The notes under the pieces: model-generated
Databases searched by the model: none
What the model saw: the letters and a program-made list of their open reading frames with translations, nothing else
What the model was told of the DNA's origin: nothing
Position numbers and translations under genes: made by a program
From: Spirochaetia bacterium
GTDB taxonomy: Bacteria > Spirochaetota > Spirochaetia > SP-2023
NCBI GenBank assembly: GCA_965225855.1
Contig: CBDDCK010000005.1
Span: 1,664,001 to 1,728,000 of the forward strand
Direction of reading: 5' to 3'
Length of the DNA: 64,000 bases
In this document: positions 49,531-60,833 of the stretch, in pieces
Numbering within the stretch: position 1 is the first letter of the stretch
Layout: the number at the start of each line of letters is the position of its first letter

Positions 49531-49930
49531 TTAGCGTATTTTTGTATATGATACAGCCAAAAGGACTGTAGCTAGAGTAGTCAGACATGGGCCTTTGAGT
49601 ACAAAATTATTAGATGTAAATACAAATTGGCTTGCGTCTGAAGAGTGGCTCCATCTGCCATGTATCCAGCTTGGTGGATTGATTCTAAAATTGTTTATGA
49701 CAGTGTTTTGTTTCACCCCTTGATCTGGGGCAAAGAAAAAGAGCAGTGTAAAGCTCAATAGTAACGCTACAGGGAATAAAAATAGTTTATGCTTACTGAT
49801 AAGCAATACCTCCAAAAAGAGATTAAAGTTAGCAAACCCATACGGGCTACGTTATAGCGCCCTATTGTGCAAGGGGGAAGTGAATCAAGAGGCTGGCAAG
49901 TTTTTTTGGCATTTTTTTGTGTTTTTGGTA
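49531..49930 (-). pseudogene. Fifth leader and signal-peptide copy joined to an unrelated fragment; start codon lost
   Basis: GGAGGTATTGCTT-ATC in place of ATG; KHKLFLFPVALLL; no lipobox Cys; continues as INPPSWIHGRW. Confidence 0.7.
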
Positions 49931-50156
49931 GGCCTTTGCTTAAAGTGTTGTTTGGTAGCTATATAAAAATAGATTACTTGTAAATTTTTTGCTATTTATA
50001 AATGAACTCTTTTTCTTAAAATAACCTATAGATAGTAATAAAAAATTACTAATTTAAGTTTGGGAGGACTTCACAGCTCGGAACTTACTCGTTAAACTGG
50101 AAAACAATATTTTGCTACGATACCTGCTTATATTTATTTTATAGGAGTCTCAATCT

Positions 50157-52505
50157 ATGCGGACCACGGAATACCTCGATTTTGACTGGTACTACTGCTC
50201 AAAATTTCAGGATGCTTTTATTTTTGATTCTTCAAAGAGCTTAAAAGAACCAGAAAAAAGCGATAAAAGTGATAATTGGCAACGAGTTCAATTACCACAC
50301 ACAAATATAAAATTATCCAATTCATATTTTGACGACCGTGCTTTTACGTTTGTTTCAGCCTATCGGCGGGTGTTACACCTGCCAGAATGCAAAAATAAGC
50401 TACAATTTGTGCTTCTCCGTTTTGAAGGGGTCATGAACTACGCCGAGATCTATCTCAATGGGAAATTAATAACCAGCCATAAAGGTGGTTATACACCGTT
50501 TGAAGTCCTTCTACCAGAAAATCAGATGCATTCGGATAGTGAAAATGAACTATTTGTAAAGGTAGATTCTACTGAACGCAACGATACGCCGCCTTTTGGA
50601 AATTTAATTGATTACCTCACTTATGGGGGCATTTACCGTGAAGTTTCCTTGCATATTTGTGATGCCCTGCGATTTACTCATGTAAAACTAACCCCTGTAA
50701 TTCAAGATCCAGAATTCATCCAAAACAGGGATTCTTTGATAAGTGGGCACATAAACCTAGAAGTCGAAATCGCCAATCCACTTGGGCTACAAGGGGCTCA
50801 ACAGTTACAACTTGATTGCTGCAATAAAAATCAGAATTATACATTAGAGCTTACCGGTGCTACGACTCAAAGCTTCATAATAGAAAGTTCCCAGTTTGAT
50901 AATCTAAAATTATGGGATATCAACCAAGGCAACCTGTATGAAGTCCAGCTCCAATTGAACGATATGGATTATTACCATGACCGGATAGGTTGGCGCAACT
51001 GTCGTTTTACCCCTGAAGGCTTTTGGATTAATGGCCGTTATGAAAAACTCATCGGCCTGAACCGCCATCAAAGCTATCCTTATGCAGGTTACGCAATGCC
51101 AGCTAATGCCCAAGAAAAAGATGCAGATTTATTTTTAGAGTATGGCTGTAATATCCTGCGGACTTCCCATTACGTGCAACATCGAGAATTCATTAAACAT
51201 TGCGATGAAATTGGCCTGCTCGTATTCACTGAAATTCCAGGCTGGGGGTATATTGGGGATTCTACAGAATGGCAGGAACAAGTATTAGCCGATGTGCGCG
51301 ATATGATTCTACGTGACTATAACAGCCCCTCTATTGTTTTATGGGGCGTGCGGATCAATGAAAGTTTGGATCATCACGAGCTATACTCTAAGACAAATGC
51401 TCTGGCTCATCAGCTAGACCCGACCCGTCAAACCGGAGGGGTTCGCTGCCACCCAAATAGCGAACTGCTGGAAGATGTTTATACCATGAACAATTTTGTC
51501 TTAGGCGGTAGCTTGAATAAATGCCCCGTGGCTTTAAACGGTCAACACGAGATTACTGGATTGGAACAAGCCGTTCCTTATTTAACCACTGAATCCAATG
51601 GCCATATGTTTCCAACTAAAGCTTGGGACCCAGAAGAACGGCGTATAGAACACGCTATACGCCATCTACGTGTTATAGAAGCAGCGTATATTACCCAGCT
51701 ACATAGCGGTAGTATCAGTTGGTGCGCATTTGACTACAACACTCACCACGAATTTGGGGCTGGAGATAAAATTTGCCATCACGGAGTATTCGACATGTAC
51801 CGTCAGCCCAAGTTTGCCGCCTGGGCCTATCGCAGTCAAAAAGACCCCAAACAAGAAATTATACTCGAACCTTTAACCTGCTGGGCACTTGGGGAACGTG
51901 ATAAAGGTCAACTAGGACCACTTTGGATTCTGCATAATTGTGATTATATTTCCTTGTATATCAATAAGAAAGAACGCCCGGTAAATGGTTCTGCAAAAAT
52001 ATTTCCGGCAAGGGGTATATTTAAAGGTTTACCACATCCTCCCAGTGTTATTTGGGAGGTTGCCAATGTTTGGGGGAACTCTTTTGAAGACGCAGAATTT
52101 AAAGGCTTTATTGATGGGAAAGAAGTCCTTTCAAAAGAATTTTCTGCGAATCCAGTGGCTAGTAATTTACAATGGACGGTCGATCAAAAACAACTTAGTA
52201 TGCAACGTCCAGAATCAACCAGATTGTCAATACAAGTGGTCGATCAACTTGAAAATTCTCTGCCATTTATTTTTGGCATGCTTTGTCTCCACATTAAAGG
52301 CCCACAAGTCCAGATTTATGCAGATGAAGTCCAAACTACTATGGAATCAGAAGATACGGAAGTACAGAAAGTATTTGCTACCATTCGAGGCGGTTCTACG
52401 GCAATATGGCTAATCAGTTGTGGCGAACAAGGACGAGTGGAAATAAATGCTCAGATGCTTGGTTATCCACAACTTCAAGCAAATATCGAATTATATATCG
52501 ATTAA
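50157..52505 (+). CDS. GH2 beta-galactosidase
   Basis: GGIYREV, GLNRHQ.YP, RTSHY, WGVRINES; AGGAG RBS. Confidence 0.93.
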   Translation: MRTTEYLDFDWYYCSKFQDAFIFDSSKSLKEPEKSDKSDNWQRVQLPHTNIKLSNSYFDDRAFTFVSAYRRVLHLPECKNKLQFVLLRFEGVMNYAEIYLNGKLITSHKGGYTPFEVLLPENQMHSDSENELFVKVDSTERNDTPPFGNLIDYLTYGGIYREVSLHICDALRFTHVKLTPVIQDPEFIQNRDSLISGHINLEVEIANPLGLQGAQQLQLDCCNKNQNYTLELTGATTQSFIIESSQFDNLKLWDINQGNLYEVQLQLNDMDYYHDRIGWRNCRFTPEGFWINGRYEKLIGLNRHQSYPYAGYAMPANAQEKDADLFLEYGCNILRTSHYVQHREFIKHCDEIGLLVFTEIPGWGYIGDSTEWQEQVLADVRDMILRDYNSPSIVLWGVRINESLDHHELYSKTNALAHQLDPTRQTGGVRCHPNSELLEDVYTMNNFVLGGSLNKCPVALNGQHEITGLEQAVPYLTTESNGHMFPTKAWDPEERRIEHAIRHLRVIEAAYITQLHSGSISWCAFDYNTHHEFGAGDKICHHGVFDMYRQPKFAAWAYRSQKDPKQEIILEPLTCWALGERDKGQLGPLWILHNCDYISLYINKKERPVNGSAKIFPARGIFKGLPHPPSVIWEVANVWGNSFEDAEFKGFIDGKEVLSKEFSANPVASNLQWTVDQKQLSMQRPESTRLSIQVVDQLENSLPFIFGMLCLHIKGPQVQIYADEVQTTMESEDTEVQKVFATIRGGSTAIWLISCGEQGRVEINAQMLGYPQLQANIELYID

Positions 52506-52512
52506 TAAACAG

Positions 52513-52550
52513 CATGCCCCATCTAAGCCTGTGGCCTTAGATGGGGCATG
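52513..52550. terminator. Strong hairpin after the GH2 gene
   Basis: CATGCCCCATCTAAG-N8-CTTAGATGGGGCATG. Confidence 0.8.
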
Positions 52551-52852
52551 AAAAGAAATTTTCAAAGAAAATCTCATATTATTTATTGTCGTAAGCAGCT
52601 CCAAAAGACTTTATCTCAACAAGTTGATTTGTTGCAAAAATTAACTTCTCTACCTTAAACAATAAAGAATACTTTTTATAGATTGGCCCAGAGATAGTAG
52701 AACGTTCCAAATTCGTAACATATGCCAACAAAAAGCGAACATAACTGTAACCGAGCCCGGAAAATGAAACACCCTCTTTTTCCAGCAACAACACAGGCAA
52801 ATATCCCAAACAAACACACTCTACAAATTAGCCTTGGTACGAGAGTAGTTAC

Positions 52853-53335
52853 CTATAAACTCATCGGATAGTTTGTCGTTAATACCTCCACTTTGGTTTT
52901 ACCTTTAGATTTGGCCTTAGGCATCGGCACTTCAATACTATACCAATCATTTTCTGCAACCGAATTGCGCAATGGTTCGGAGCGATAACTTGAAAGTAAG
53001 AACTTACCCTTAACTTGTGCCAGCTCGCTTAAAAGCGATTCATAATGACTTTTACCGTAACCATCATAATGTCCTTGATCACTATCAATATCAGGCGGGG
53101 CACAATAAAATAAGGTTTTTTCGGTATCCCAGCTGCGGATTATACGCAACACATCAGACGCTTCCATTTGCACATTCTGCAAACAAATCGTCAGTCCTTC
53201 AGTGAAACTCTTGCGCTTATTAGTAAGGCATTTACTGTTTTTGCCATCGCAGTCATAACCAAATGAGCCATTCAGCATAACGCTAAAACCAGTATTGGCT
53301 AGAATCCATCCTCTTTTTCTAGCGAAAGGTATCAC
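52853..53335 (-). pseudogene. D12-class (Dam-like) DNA adenine methyltransferase, C-terminal fragment
   Basis: TLFYCAPPD (degenerate DPPY), KGKFLLSSY, EVLTTNY; N-terminal SAM-binding motif missing. Confidence 0.75.
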
Positions 53336-53538
53336 GAAGCACGCAAAGAATGCAGGGCTTTGGTCTGCATATTTGGCTTACCTAATATTAACAAAAAATG
53401 TAAAAAATCATTTGCTTCATAAGGTCTTAACAAAAATTAGTTCAGCCTCCAAGCTTATGTTTCATATTTTCAGACAGATCATTGTAAGCCATTGTATGCA
53501 AACCAGCATCGGTAGTAGAGACCGCTTTTGTTAAAGCA

Positions 53539-53800
53539 TCATCGGGCAGTTAAATCAGTATGAACATTTTTATTATGATTTAACGTCCACATTGTTCCCG
53601 TAGCGGGATCAATGATTAAATAACCAAGCAACCCACCAAAAAATAAATTTCCAACAATATACCAGCCATCGACTCTACTTTCAATAGATACAACTTGTTT
53701 TACATAACCTTCTTTTTTCACAAGTAATAGTATATTTTGCCCTCCTTAAATAATTATCCCCCGCTGGCAAAGTTACCTGTGCAGGAGTAGAACTTTCAAA
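53539..53800 (-). pseudogene. Fragment of a PEGA-like membrane or lipoprotein gene
   Basis: KKEGY...WYIVGNLFFGGLLGYLIIDPATG.MWTL; no intact 5' end. Confidence 0.5.
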
Positions 53801-53944
53801 AATAAGTATACCATTGCTTATTTATAAATGTTGGTGGGTACTTGGGTTTGGTGTTTCCAGCTATTGGTTAGGGTGAGACTCTTTACTTTGGCTTTACTTC
53901 GCAGGACAGAACTTCAAACAAAATTTGCTATAGTTAAAAAAAGC

Positions 53945-53973
53945 TTGACCCAGCTGTTTTGTTTATCTAATTT
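53945..53973 (+). promoter_or_regulatory. Sigma70-type promoter candidate for grpE-dnaK
   Basis: TTGACC-N17-TAATTT; AAGGAG RBS downstream. Confidence 0.5.
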
Positions 53974-54019
53974 TGCCTGTGAAAATACTCTGTAATGAAA
54001 ATAGAGAAAGGAGTCGGAT

Positions 54020-54700
54020 TTGAGCAACAAAAAAGCAGAAAAAGCGGAGCAACAAGCGAATAAAGTGGATACTTCACAAGCCAGCACTAAGCCGAGTGCC
54101 CAAGAACATGCTCAAGAATTGCAAGATATAAATCTTCAACAAGAGGGCAATTTAAAATCAAAAAAAGAGACGGAACCACTTGATGAAGGTCATGAAATTT
54201 ATGAATCTGAAAAAATCAAACAAATGCAGGAAAACATAATTGAGCTGGAAGCGACAAAAAAAGATTTAAATGAGGCTTTGCTGCGCAAGCAAGCTGATTT
54301 TGAAAATTATCGCCGCCGAATGCAAAAAGAAAAGCAAGATGCTATCCAATTTTCCAACCGGAATTTAATTAGCGGGCTTTTAGAAGTTCTGGACAGTTTT
54401 GAACGAGCTTTAGCCTCCCATCAAAATGAAAAAGATTCTAGTCCTGCAATGAAAGACCTGTTTGAAGGTTTGGAATTATTAGAAAAACAGCTAGTGGACA
54501 TGCTTTGCACTGGCTGGGGCTTAAAAATGATAGATAGTGTTGGCCAAGAATTTGACCCCAATTTTCATGAAGCTTTAACAATGGAGGAAAATCCAGACTA
54601 TAAAGTACCAACCGTTGTCAAAAATTTCCAAACAGGATATACCCTGCACGGACGAATATTACGCCCAGCTAGGGTAAAGGTGGCCAAACCTTCTGAATAG
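54020..54700 (+). CDS. grpE: Nucleotide exchange factor GrpE
   Basis: ADFENYRRR; FDPNFHEAL; GY.LHGRILRPARVKV. Confidence 0.96.
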   Translation: MSNKKAEKAEQQANKVDTSQASTKPSAQEHAQELQDINLQQEGNLKSKKETEPLDEGHEIYESEKIKQMQENIIELEATKKDLNEALLRKQADFENYRRRMQKEKQDAIQFSNRNLISGLLEVLDSFERALASHQNEKDSSPAMKDLFEGLELLEKQLVDMLCTGWGLKMIDSVGQEFDPNFHEALTMEENPDYKVPTVVKNFQTGYTLHGRILRPARVKVAKPSE

Positions 54701-54823
54701 TAACGATAGATAAAGCTTGCCTTTGTTGCTGCGCTTTATCTATTTTGGAACTGAAACTAAATAATATTTAACAATATCCAGCTGTCATCAAATAACAGAA
54801 GGATTTTTTATAGAGGAAAATTT

Positions 54824-56749
54824 ATGGGAAAAATTATCGGTATCGACTTAGGTACAACGAACTCCTGTGTGTCCGTTATGGACGGTGGTAAATCCGAAGT
54901 AATCACGAATGAGGAAGGACAGCGCACCACGCCTTCTATGGTTGGCTATACGGATAAAGACGAACGGCTGGTCGGGCAGGCTGCCAAAAACCAAATGGTC
55001 ACCAACCCAAAAAATACGGTTTTTTCAATTAAACGCTTTATGGGTCGTAGATATAATGAAGTTTCTGAAGAACTAAAGCACTGCCCATACGAAGTTATTA
55101 AAGGCCCAAACGATGACCCCAGAGTCAAAATTCGAGATAAACAATTCTCACCACCAGAAATTTCTGCTGCGATTTTGCAAAAAATGAAAAAAACGGCAGA
55201 AGATTATTTGGGCGAAGAAGTAAAAGAAGCAGTGATTACTGTACCTGCATATTTTAATGATGCTCAACGCCAAGCCACTAAAGATGCTGGCCGAATTGCT
55301 GGCTTAGACGTAAAGCGAATTGTCAACGAACCAACCGCTGCAGCTTTAGCCTATGGTTTAGACAAAGTAAAAAAAGATGAAAAAATTGCGGTTTACGATC
55401 TAGGCGGTGGAACTTTTGATATCTCCATTCTCGATTTGGGAGAAGGGGTTTTTGAAGTGCGTTCAACCAATGGTGATACCCATTTAGGCGGAGATAATTT
55501 TGATGAAGTCGTTATTGACTGGATTATTAGTGAATTTAAAAGCCAAAGTGGTATAGACCTTTCTAAAGATAGTATGGCTTTGCAACGTTTAAAAGAGGCT
55601 GCAGAAAAAACCAAAAAAGAACTATCTTCGGCACAAAGCAGTAGCATCAATCTGCCCTATATTACCGCAGATGCCAATGGCCCAAAACATTTACAACTAG
55701 AATTGAGCCGTGCTAAGTTTGAATCCATGGTGGCCCACTTGGTAGAACGCACCAAAGAACCATGTCTTAAAGCGCTCAAAGATGCAGGTTATTCTCCTTC
55801 GGCTATTGACGAAGTGATTCTAGTGGGAGGTTCTACGCGTATTCCCGCCATTCAAAAAATTGTGAAAGACATTTTTGCTAAAGATCCCAACCGCAGTGTC
55901 AATCCTGATGAAGTGGTGGCAATGGGTGCCGCTATTCAAGGTGGGGTACTTGGTGGTGATGTCAATGATGTTCTACTGCTGGACGTAACGCCTTTGTCTT
56001 TGGGAATCGAAACCGAAGGCAGTGTGTTTACCAAATTAATTGAACGCAACACAACAATCCCCACACGCAAAAGTCAAATATTTTCGACAGCAGCCAACAA
56101 CCAAACAGCAGTAACCATTCACGTTTTGCAAGGTGAAAGGCCCATGGCAGCGCAAAACCGCAGCTTAGGTAATTTCAATTTGGAAGGTATACCCTCTGCA
56201 CCACGCGGTGTACCGCAAATCGAAGTTTCATTTGAAATCGACTCCAACGGTATTGTCCACGTTTCGGCCAAAGATATGGGCACCGGTAAGGAACAGAAAA
56301 TTCGCATTGAATCGTCTTCTGGTTTGTCGGATAGTGAAATTGAGAAAATGGTCAAAGAAGCTGAATTAAATGCGGGTGAAGATGAGAAAATCCGCAAGAA
56401 AATCGAGGCGAAAAATCAGGCAGACAGTTTGATTTATTCGGTTGATCAAACCTTGGAATCTGCGGCGGATAAGCTTTCGGAGCAAGAAAAAGGCGAGATT
56501 GAAAATGCCAAAAAAGAGCTGCAAGATGCCATTGCTTCTGGTAGTTTGGAAGACATTGAAGCGAAGATGAAAAACTTGCAAGATGTGGTGAGTAAATTTG
56601 CCGAAAAACTTTATGCTCAAAGTGGAAATTCTTCTGGTGGGGCCGGATCTGCTGGTTCGCAAGGGGGTAATCAAGCGAATGCAGATACTTCAAATTCCCA
56701 AAAGACTCAAGATGCTCAAGATGCTGATTTTGAGGTAGTGGATAAATAG
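54824..56749 (+). CDS. dnaK: Chaperone DnaK
   Basis: [25 protein letters not shown]. Confidence 0.99.
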   Translation: MGKIIGIDLGTTNSCVSVMDGGKSEVITNEEGQRTTPSMVGYTDKDERLVGQAAKNQMVTNPKNTVFSIKRFMGRRYNEVSEELKHCPYEVIKGPNDDPRVKIRDKQFSPPEISAAILQKMKKTAEDYLGEEVKEAVITVPAYFNDAQRQATKDAGRIAGLDVKRIVNEPTAAALAYGLDKVKKDEKIAVYDLGGGTFDISILDLGEGVFEVRSTNGDTHLGGDNFDEVVIDWIISEFKSQSGIDLSKDSMALQRLKEAAEKTKKELSSAQSSSINLPYITADANGPKHLQLELSRAKFESMVAHLVERTKEPCLKALKDAGYSPSAIDEVILVGGSTRIPAIQKIVKDIFAKDPNRSVNPDEVVAMGAAIQGGVLGGDVNDVLLLDVTPLSLGIETEGSVFTKLIERNTTIPTRKSQIFSTAANNQTAVTIHVLQGERPMAAQNRSLGNFNLEGIPSAPRGVPQIEVSFEIDSNGIVHVSAKDMGTGKEQKIRIESSSGLSDSEIEKMVKEAELNAGEDEKIRKKIEAKNQADSLIYSVDQTLESAADKLSEQEKGEIENAKKELQDAIASGSLEDIEAKMKNLQDVVSKFAEKLYAQSGNSSGGAGSAGSQGGNQANADTSNSQKTQDAQDADFEVVDK

Positions 56750-56786
56750 AAGCGGACAATTACAATCTGCAATTGCAAGATGATAG

Positions 56787-56826
56787 GTAAAATGATATAT
56801 GGAAAATTTTTCTATATATCATTTAC
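56787..56826. terminator. AT-rich inverted repeat after dnaK
   Basis: AAATGATATATGGAAAA-T-TTTTCTATATATCATTT. Confidence 0.5.
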
Positions 56827-56847
56827 TATTTGCCTCTAAAGGGAAAT

Positions 56848-57160
56848 ATGATTTCTGAAATTGTAATATTAAATATAAAGCCGGGTCAGTCTACTCAATT
56901 TGAGCAGACTTTTGCACAAGCGCAAAAAATTATCGCTGCTGTGCCAGGTTATCAATCGCATCAGCTGCAGCGTTGTATAGAGACTTCAAATCGTTATATT
57001 TTAATGGATTCAATGGCAAACTTTAGAAGCCCATATTCAAGGGTTCCGAAGTTCTGCGGAGTGCGAAAATTGGAAGACTTTGCTATACTATTTTTATGTT
57101 CCTCTTCCCGTTGTCGAACATTATCAATTTATTGATGGCTTACATGGGCAAAAATTTTGA
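56848..57160 (+). pseudogene. Antibiotic-biosynthesis monooxygenase (ABM) family gene with a +1 frameshift near 57007
   Basis: E...L.IKPGQ...FE...PGY.SHQL.RCIE, then in the next frame IQWQTLEAHIQGFRSS...W..LL..FY.P.P.VEHY. Confidence 0.8.
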
Positions 57161-57192
57161 TTGTCATCATGGAAAAATAAGGAAAGCAAACC

Positions 57193-58317
57193 GTGTCGAA
57201 ACGAGATTATTATGAAGTTCTGGGTGTGGGCAAAAGTGCCAGCACCGATGAAATAAAAAAGGCCTATCGAAAGTTAGCGGTCAAATACCACCCAGACCGA
57301 AACCCCAATAATGCCACAGCAGAAGAAAAATTTAAAGAAGCCACCGAAGCTTATGAAGTTTTAGCTGATACCAAAAAACGCCAGACTTATGACCAATTTG
57401 GCCATGCTGGTTTGGGCAATATGGGAGGAGGAGGTTTTGATTCTTCTGTTTTCTCTGGTTTTGAAGATTTATTTGGTGGAGATTTGGGTAGTATTTTTGG
57501 TAGTTTTTTTGGCGGCAGTGGCAGCGGGCGTTCCACGGGGCGTAATGCTCGCGGCAATGATTTGCGCTATACCATGGATTTGACCCTTTTTGAAGCCGTT
57601 TACGGTTGTAAGAAAGAAATTAGTTTCCGCCGTATAAGCTCCTGTAATACTTGTAAAGGTACGGGTAGCAAGGACGGCAAAGAGCAGTCTTGTGGCCAGT
57701 GCAACGGCATGGGCCAAGTGCGCCGTTCCCAAGGTTTGTTTTCGGTAGCGACAACTTGCCCAGCTTGCCAAGGTTCTGGCCAAGCAATTAGCAATCCATG
57801 TGGTTCTTGTAGAGGGAGCGGCCAACAACAGACTGAGCAACGGGTTAGTGTTACCGTCCCAGCGGGAGTCGATAACGATAGCCGTATTCGGCTGGAAAGT
57901 CAGGGTGATTATGGTCGAGGAAATCGTGCTTCTGCAGGCGATTTATATATTGTCTTTGGAGTCAAGGCTCACTCGTATTTTGAGCGCCACGATCACGACT
58001 TATATTGCGCCATGCATCTCAGTATTACCCAAGCAACCTTGGGTACCACTTTATATTTGGAAACTTTGGATAATAAGCAAATCAAGCTCAAAGTTCCCTC
58101 GGGTTGGCAGTCGGGCAAGAAAATGCGTATCAAAGGTGAGGGAGTGCCATTCTTAGGAAATAGCAGTCGTAGAGGTGATTTGTATGTTCAGTTGATTTTG
58201 CAAACGCCTCAAAAACTTTCTTCCAAAGCCAAGAAGTTATTAGAAGATTTGGCGAAAATTCAAGGAGACAGCGATGACCCTGGCCTACTTTCTCTGCGCG
58301 ATCTTGGACGAGATTAA
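57193..58317 (+). CDS. dnaJ: Chaperone DnaJ
   Basis: HPD J-domain, G/F region, four CxxCxGxG repeats. Confidence 0.98.
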   Translation: MSKRDYYEVLGVGKSASTDEIKKAYRKLAVKYHPDRNPNNATAEEKFKEATEAYEVLADTKKRQTYDQFGHAGLGNMGGGGFDSSVFSGFEDLFGGDLGSIFGSFFGGSGSGRSTGRNARGNDLRYTMDLTLFEAVYGCKKEISFRRISSCNTCKGTGSKDGKEQSCGQCNGMGQVRRSQGLFSVATTCPACQGSGQAISNPCGSCRGSGQQQTEQRVSVTVPAGVDNDSRIRLESQGDYGRGNRASAGDLYIVFGVKAHSYFERHDHDLYCAMHLSITQATLGTTLYLETLDNKQIKLKVPSGWQSGKKMRIKGEGVPFLGNSSRRGDLYVQLILQTPQKLSSKAKKLLEDLAKIQGDSDDPGLLSLRDLGRD

Positions 58318-58496
58318 TTGTTGCCTTCATAATATTAGGACTGGCTCTTTCGCGAATTTTTGAAGAGGGCGGCTATATGATGCAGGACGTGATAACTTTG
58401 TGCCATCGGACGTGATAACTCGATTTTTTCTACTTACCAAGGCTATAATTGGCAAAAGCAGCCTTAATAAATTTTTCTAGCCTTGCTATGATATAG

Positions 58497-58536
58497 CTTT
58501 CCGCCTTGGATCAAGGCCTTGATCCAAGGCGGAAAG
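58497..58536. repeat. Perfect 40-bp palindrome related to the 46-bp array unit
   Basis: CTTTCCGCCTTGGATCAAGG|CCTTGATCCAAGGCGGAAAG. Confidence 0.9.
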
Positions 58537-58655
58537 ATGTATTGCACCAATGCGGAACAATACTTTATACCAAGGCTATAATTGGCAAAAGCAGCCTTGA
58601 TAAAAAATTTACCAAGGCTGCAATTGGCCAATGCAAGCGTTGCAACAACCAAACC

Positions 58656-60833
58656 CTACTTTATAACTTGAATACTAGTGGTTAGGTCTTCTGGACTACC
58701 AGGTACAAATCCTGCTGCTGCTTCAAGGTTATATGCACCAGTATTATCACTATCACCCTCCTTAACCAGTATCTTCTCGACTTCCGCTTTTACACTACCG
58801 CTTAAAGTAATTATTAATCTTGTTGCACTTGCACGAGAACCTGTGGCTTTGTTTACACCTACAGTTGAGTGCCGTGGTAATGTGAATCTCTTACTACCAT
58901 CACCGGATACAAGCGTCAATTTGCTAAAGTCCCACTCTTCAACTGCTGTCGGTAACCTGATACCTCTAATATATAACTTGCCTTCATCAGCATCGTAGGT
59001 TGCTCTGGTGATGCTGGCTACATAACCACTAACGGTAATAGGGTTGCTTGTGTCTTCTGCGCTACCACCTGCAAAGCCTGCTGCTGCTTCCAGGTTGTAT
59101 GCACCATTAGCATCACGAACACCTTCCTTAACCAGTATCTTCTCGGCTTCCGCTTTTACACTACCGCTTAAAGTAATACTTAAGTAGGTTGTACCTGCAC
59201 GAGAACCTGTGGCTGTGTTTTCACCTGCAGTTGCGTGCCGGGGTAATGTGTAGCTCTTACTACCATCACCGGATACAAGCCTCAATTTGCTAAAGTCCCA
59301 GTCTGCAACTGCTCTCGGTAACTTGATACCTGTAATATATAACTCGCCTGTATTAGCATTGTAGGTTGCTTTGTCGATGCTGGCTACATACCCAATAACG
59401 GTAATAGGGTTGATTGTGTCTTCTGCGCTACCACCTGCAAAGCCTGCTGCTGCTTCCAGGTTGTATGCACCATTAGCATCACGAACACCTTCCTTAACCA
59501 GTATAGCATTGGCTTTGGCTTTTACACTACCGACTAAAGTAATCTTTAAGAATGTTGCACTTGCTTCAGAACCTACGGCTCTGTTTCTATTTTCAGCAAT
59601 ACCTAGGTTTATGTTGTCTTTCCGGGGTAATGTGAATCTCTTAATACCATCACCGGATACAAGCGTCAATTTGGTGAAGTCCCAGCCATACACTGTTGAC
59701 GGTAAATTAGTACCTGTAATCTCTAACAAGCCTAAAGTAACATTATAGGTTACACGGGTAATTGCGGGTGGTGGGTTTCCACTAACGGCCAAGGCTTTGG
59801 CTGTATCTAAACCCGCCCAAGCACCAGTGCCAACGCTAAGCTTACCCTTTTTTAGACCATTGCTATCCATACCTGTCTTGCCATTCAGAGTAGTTTTATC
59901 GGTATCGGTAAGGTAAAGCCAAAGCGCTGTGCCATCGCTTTTCATACGGTACTTACCTTTTGCAAGACTGCGACTATCTGGCCCAGTGGCTGTGGCATCT
60001 GCAGTATAGGAATTTAAGGCTAAGCCATCTACCACGATGGTTTGGATTTGGGCTTGGGTCGCACTACCTAAGTGAGTACCTTGTAAAGTTAACAGCGCCG
60101 TGCCAACATTGTAACTTGCACGGGTAATTGCAGCTTTAGGCGACTCCTCTTCGACTTGTTCGTCTTTAGGTTGCTTAGGCAACTGATCTTCGGCTTCGGG
60201 TAGCTTAAGCGACTGATCTTCAGTTTCGGTCTTAGACTGCTTATCTTCGACTTCTTCGGTTTGTTCAGCTTGTTTGGCTTGTTCAGCTTGTTCGGCTTGC
60301 TTAGGCGACTGCTTATCTTCAGTTTGCTTAGGCGACTGCTTATCGGGTATATTCCTAACGGTTAAGTCTTTGGCTGTATCTAAACCCGCCCAAGCACCAG
60401 AGCTAGTAAGCAACCCTTTTTTTAGACCATCGCTACCCACCTTGGCCTCAAGAACAGCTTTATGTTGCTCGGTAAGTCTAAGCCAAAGCGCTGTGCCATC
60501 GTTTGCAATACGGTACTTACCTTCTGCAAGACCGTTACTATCTGGCCCAGTGGCTGGGTCATCTGCAGTATAGGAATCTAAGGCTACACCATTTGTTCGG
60601 CTTCCTACCCTGATAGTTTGGATTTGCGCTTGGGTCGCAGTTGTAGGACTTAAGTGAGTACCTTGTACGGTTAACAGCGCCGTGCCAACATCGTAGATAG
60701 CGTTATTGATAGTCGGCCCAGAAGGCCCAGAAGGCCCAGAAGATGGTGCATCGTCATCGGGTGGGGCGCAGGCCAAGGCCATAAAGGCCAGTAGCCAGGC
60801 TACTGGCAATAAAAATAGTTTGAGCTTATACAT
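58656..60833 (-). CDS. Modular repeat surface lipoprotein, paralog 4 (2 A + 3 B)
   Basis: RBS and ATG at 60833; lipobox MALAC. Confidence 0.85.
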   Translation of the reverse strand: MYKLKLFLLPVAWLLAFMALACAPPDDDAPSSGPSGPSGPTINNAIYDVGTALLTVQGTHLSPTTATQAQIQTIRVGSRTNGVALDSYTADDPATGPDSNGLAEGKYRIANDGTALWLRLTEQHKAVLEAKVGSDGLKKGLLTSSGAWAGLDTAKDLTVRNIPDKQSPKQTEDKQSPKQAEQAEQAKQAEQTEEVEDKQSKTETEDQSLKLPEAEDQLPKQPKDEQVEEESPKAAITRASYNVGTALLTLQGTHLGSATQAQIQTIVVDGLALNSYTADATATGPDSRSLAKGKYRMKSDGTALWLYLTDTDKTTLNGKTGMDSNGLKKGKLSVGTGAWAGLDTAKALAVSGNPPPAITRVTYNVTLGLLEITGTNLPSTVYGWDFTKLTLVSGDGIKRFTLPRKDNINLGIAENRNRAVGSEASATFLKITLVGSVKAKANAILVKEGVRDANGAYNLEAAAGFAGGSAEDTINPITVIGYVASIDKATYNANTGELYITGIKLPRAVADWDFSKLRLVSGDGSKSYTLPRHATAGENTATGSRAGTTYLSITLSGSVKAEAEKILVKEGVRDANGAYNLEAAAGFAGGSAEDTSNPITVSGYVASITRATYDADEGKLYIRGIRLPTAVEEWDFSKLTLVSGDGSKRFTLPRHSTVGVNKATGSRASATRLIITLSGSVKAEVEKILVKEGDSDNTGAYNLEAAAGFVPGSPEDLTTSIQVIK

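Noticed and set aside
53880..54019. CIRCE element or hrcA upstream of grpE
   Set aside because: No TTAGCACTC-N9-GAGTGCTAA and no hrcA ORF found.
12601..60833. Diversity-generating retroelement acting on the lipoproteins
   Set aside because: No reverse transcriptase in the window; differences include indels and all four bases, and I saw no adenine-specific template/variable pair.
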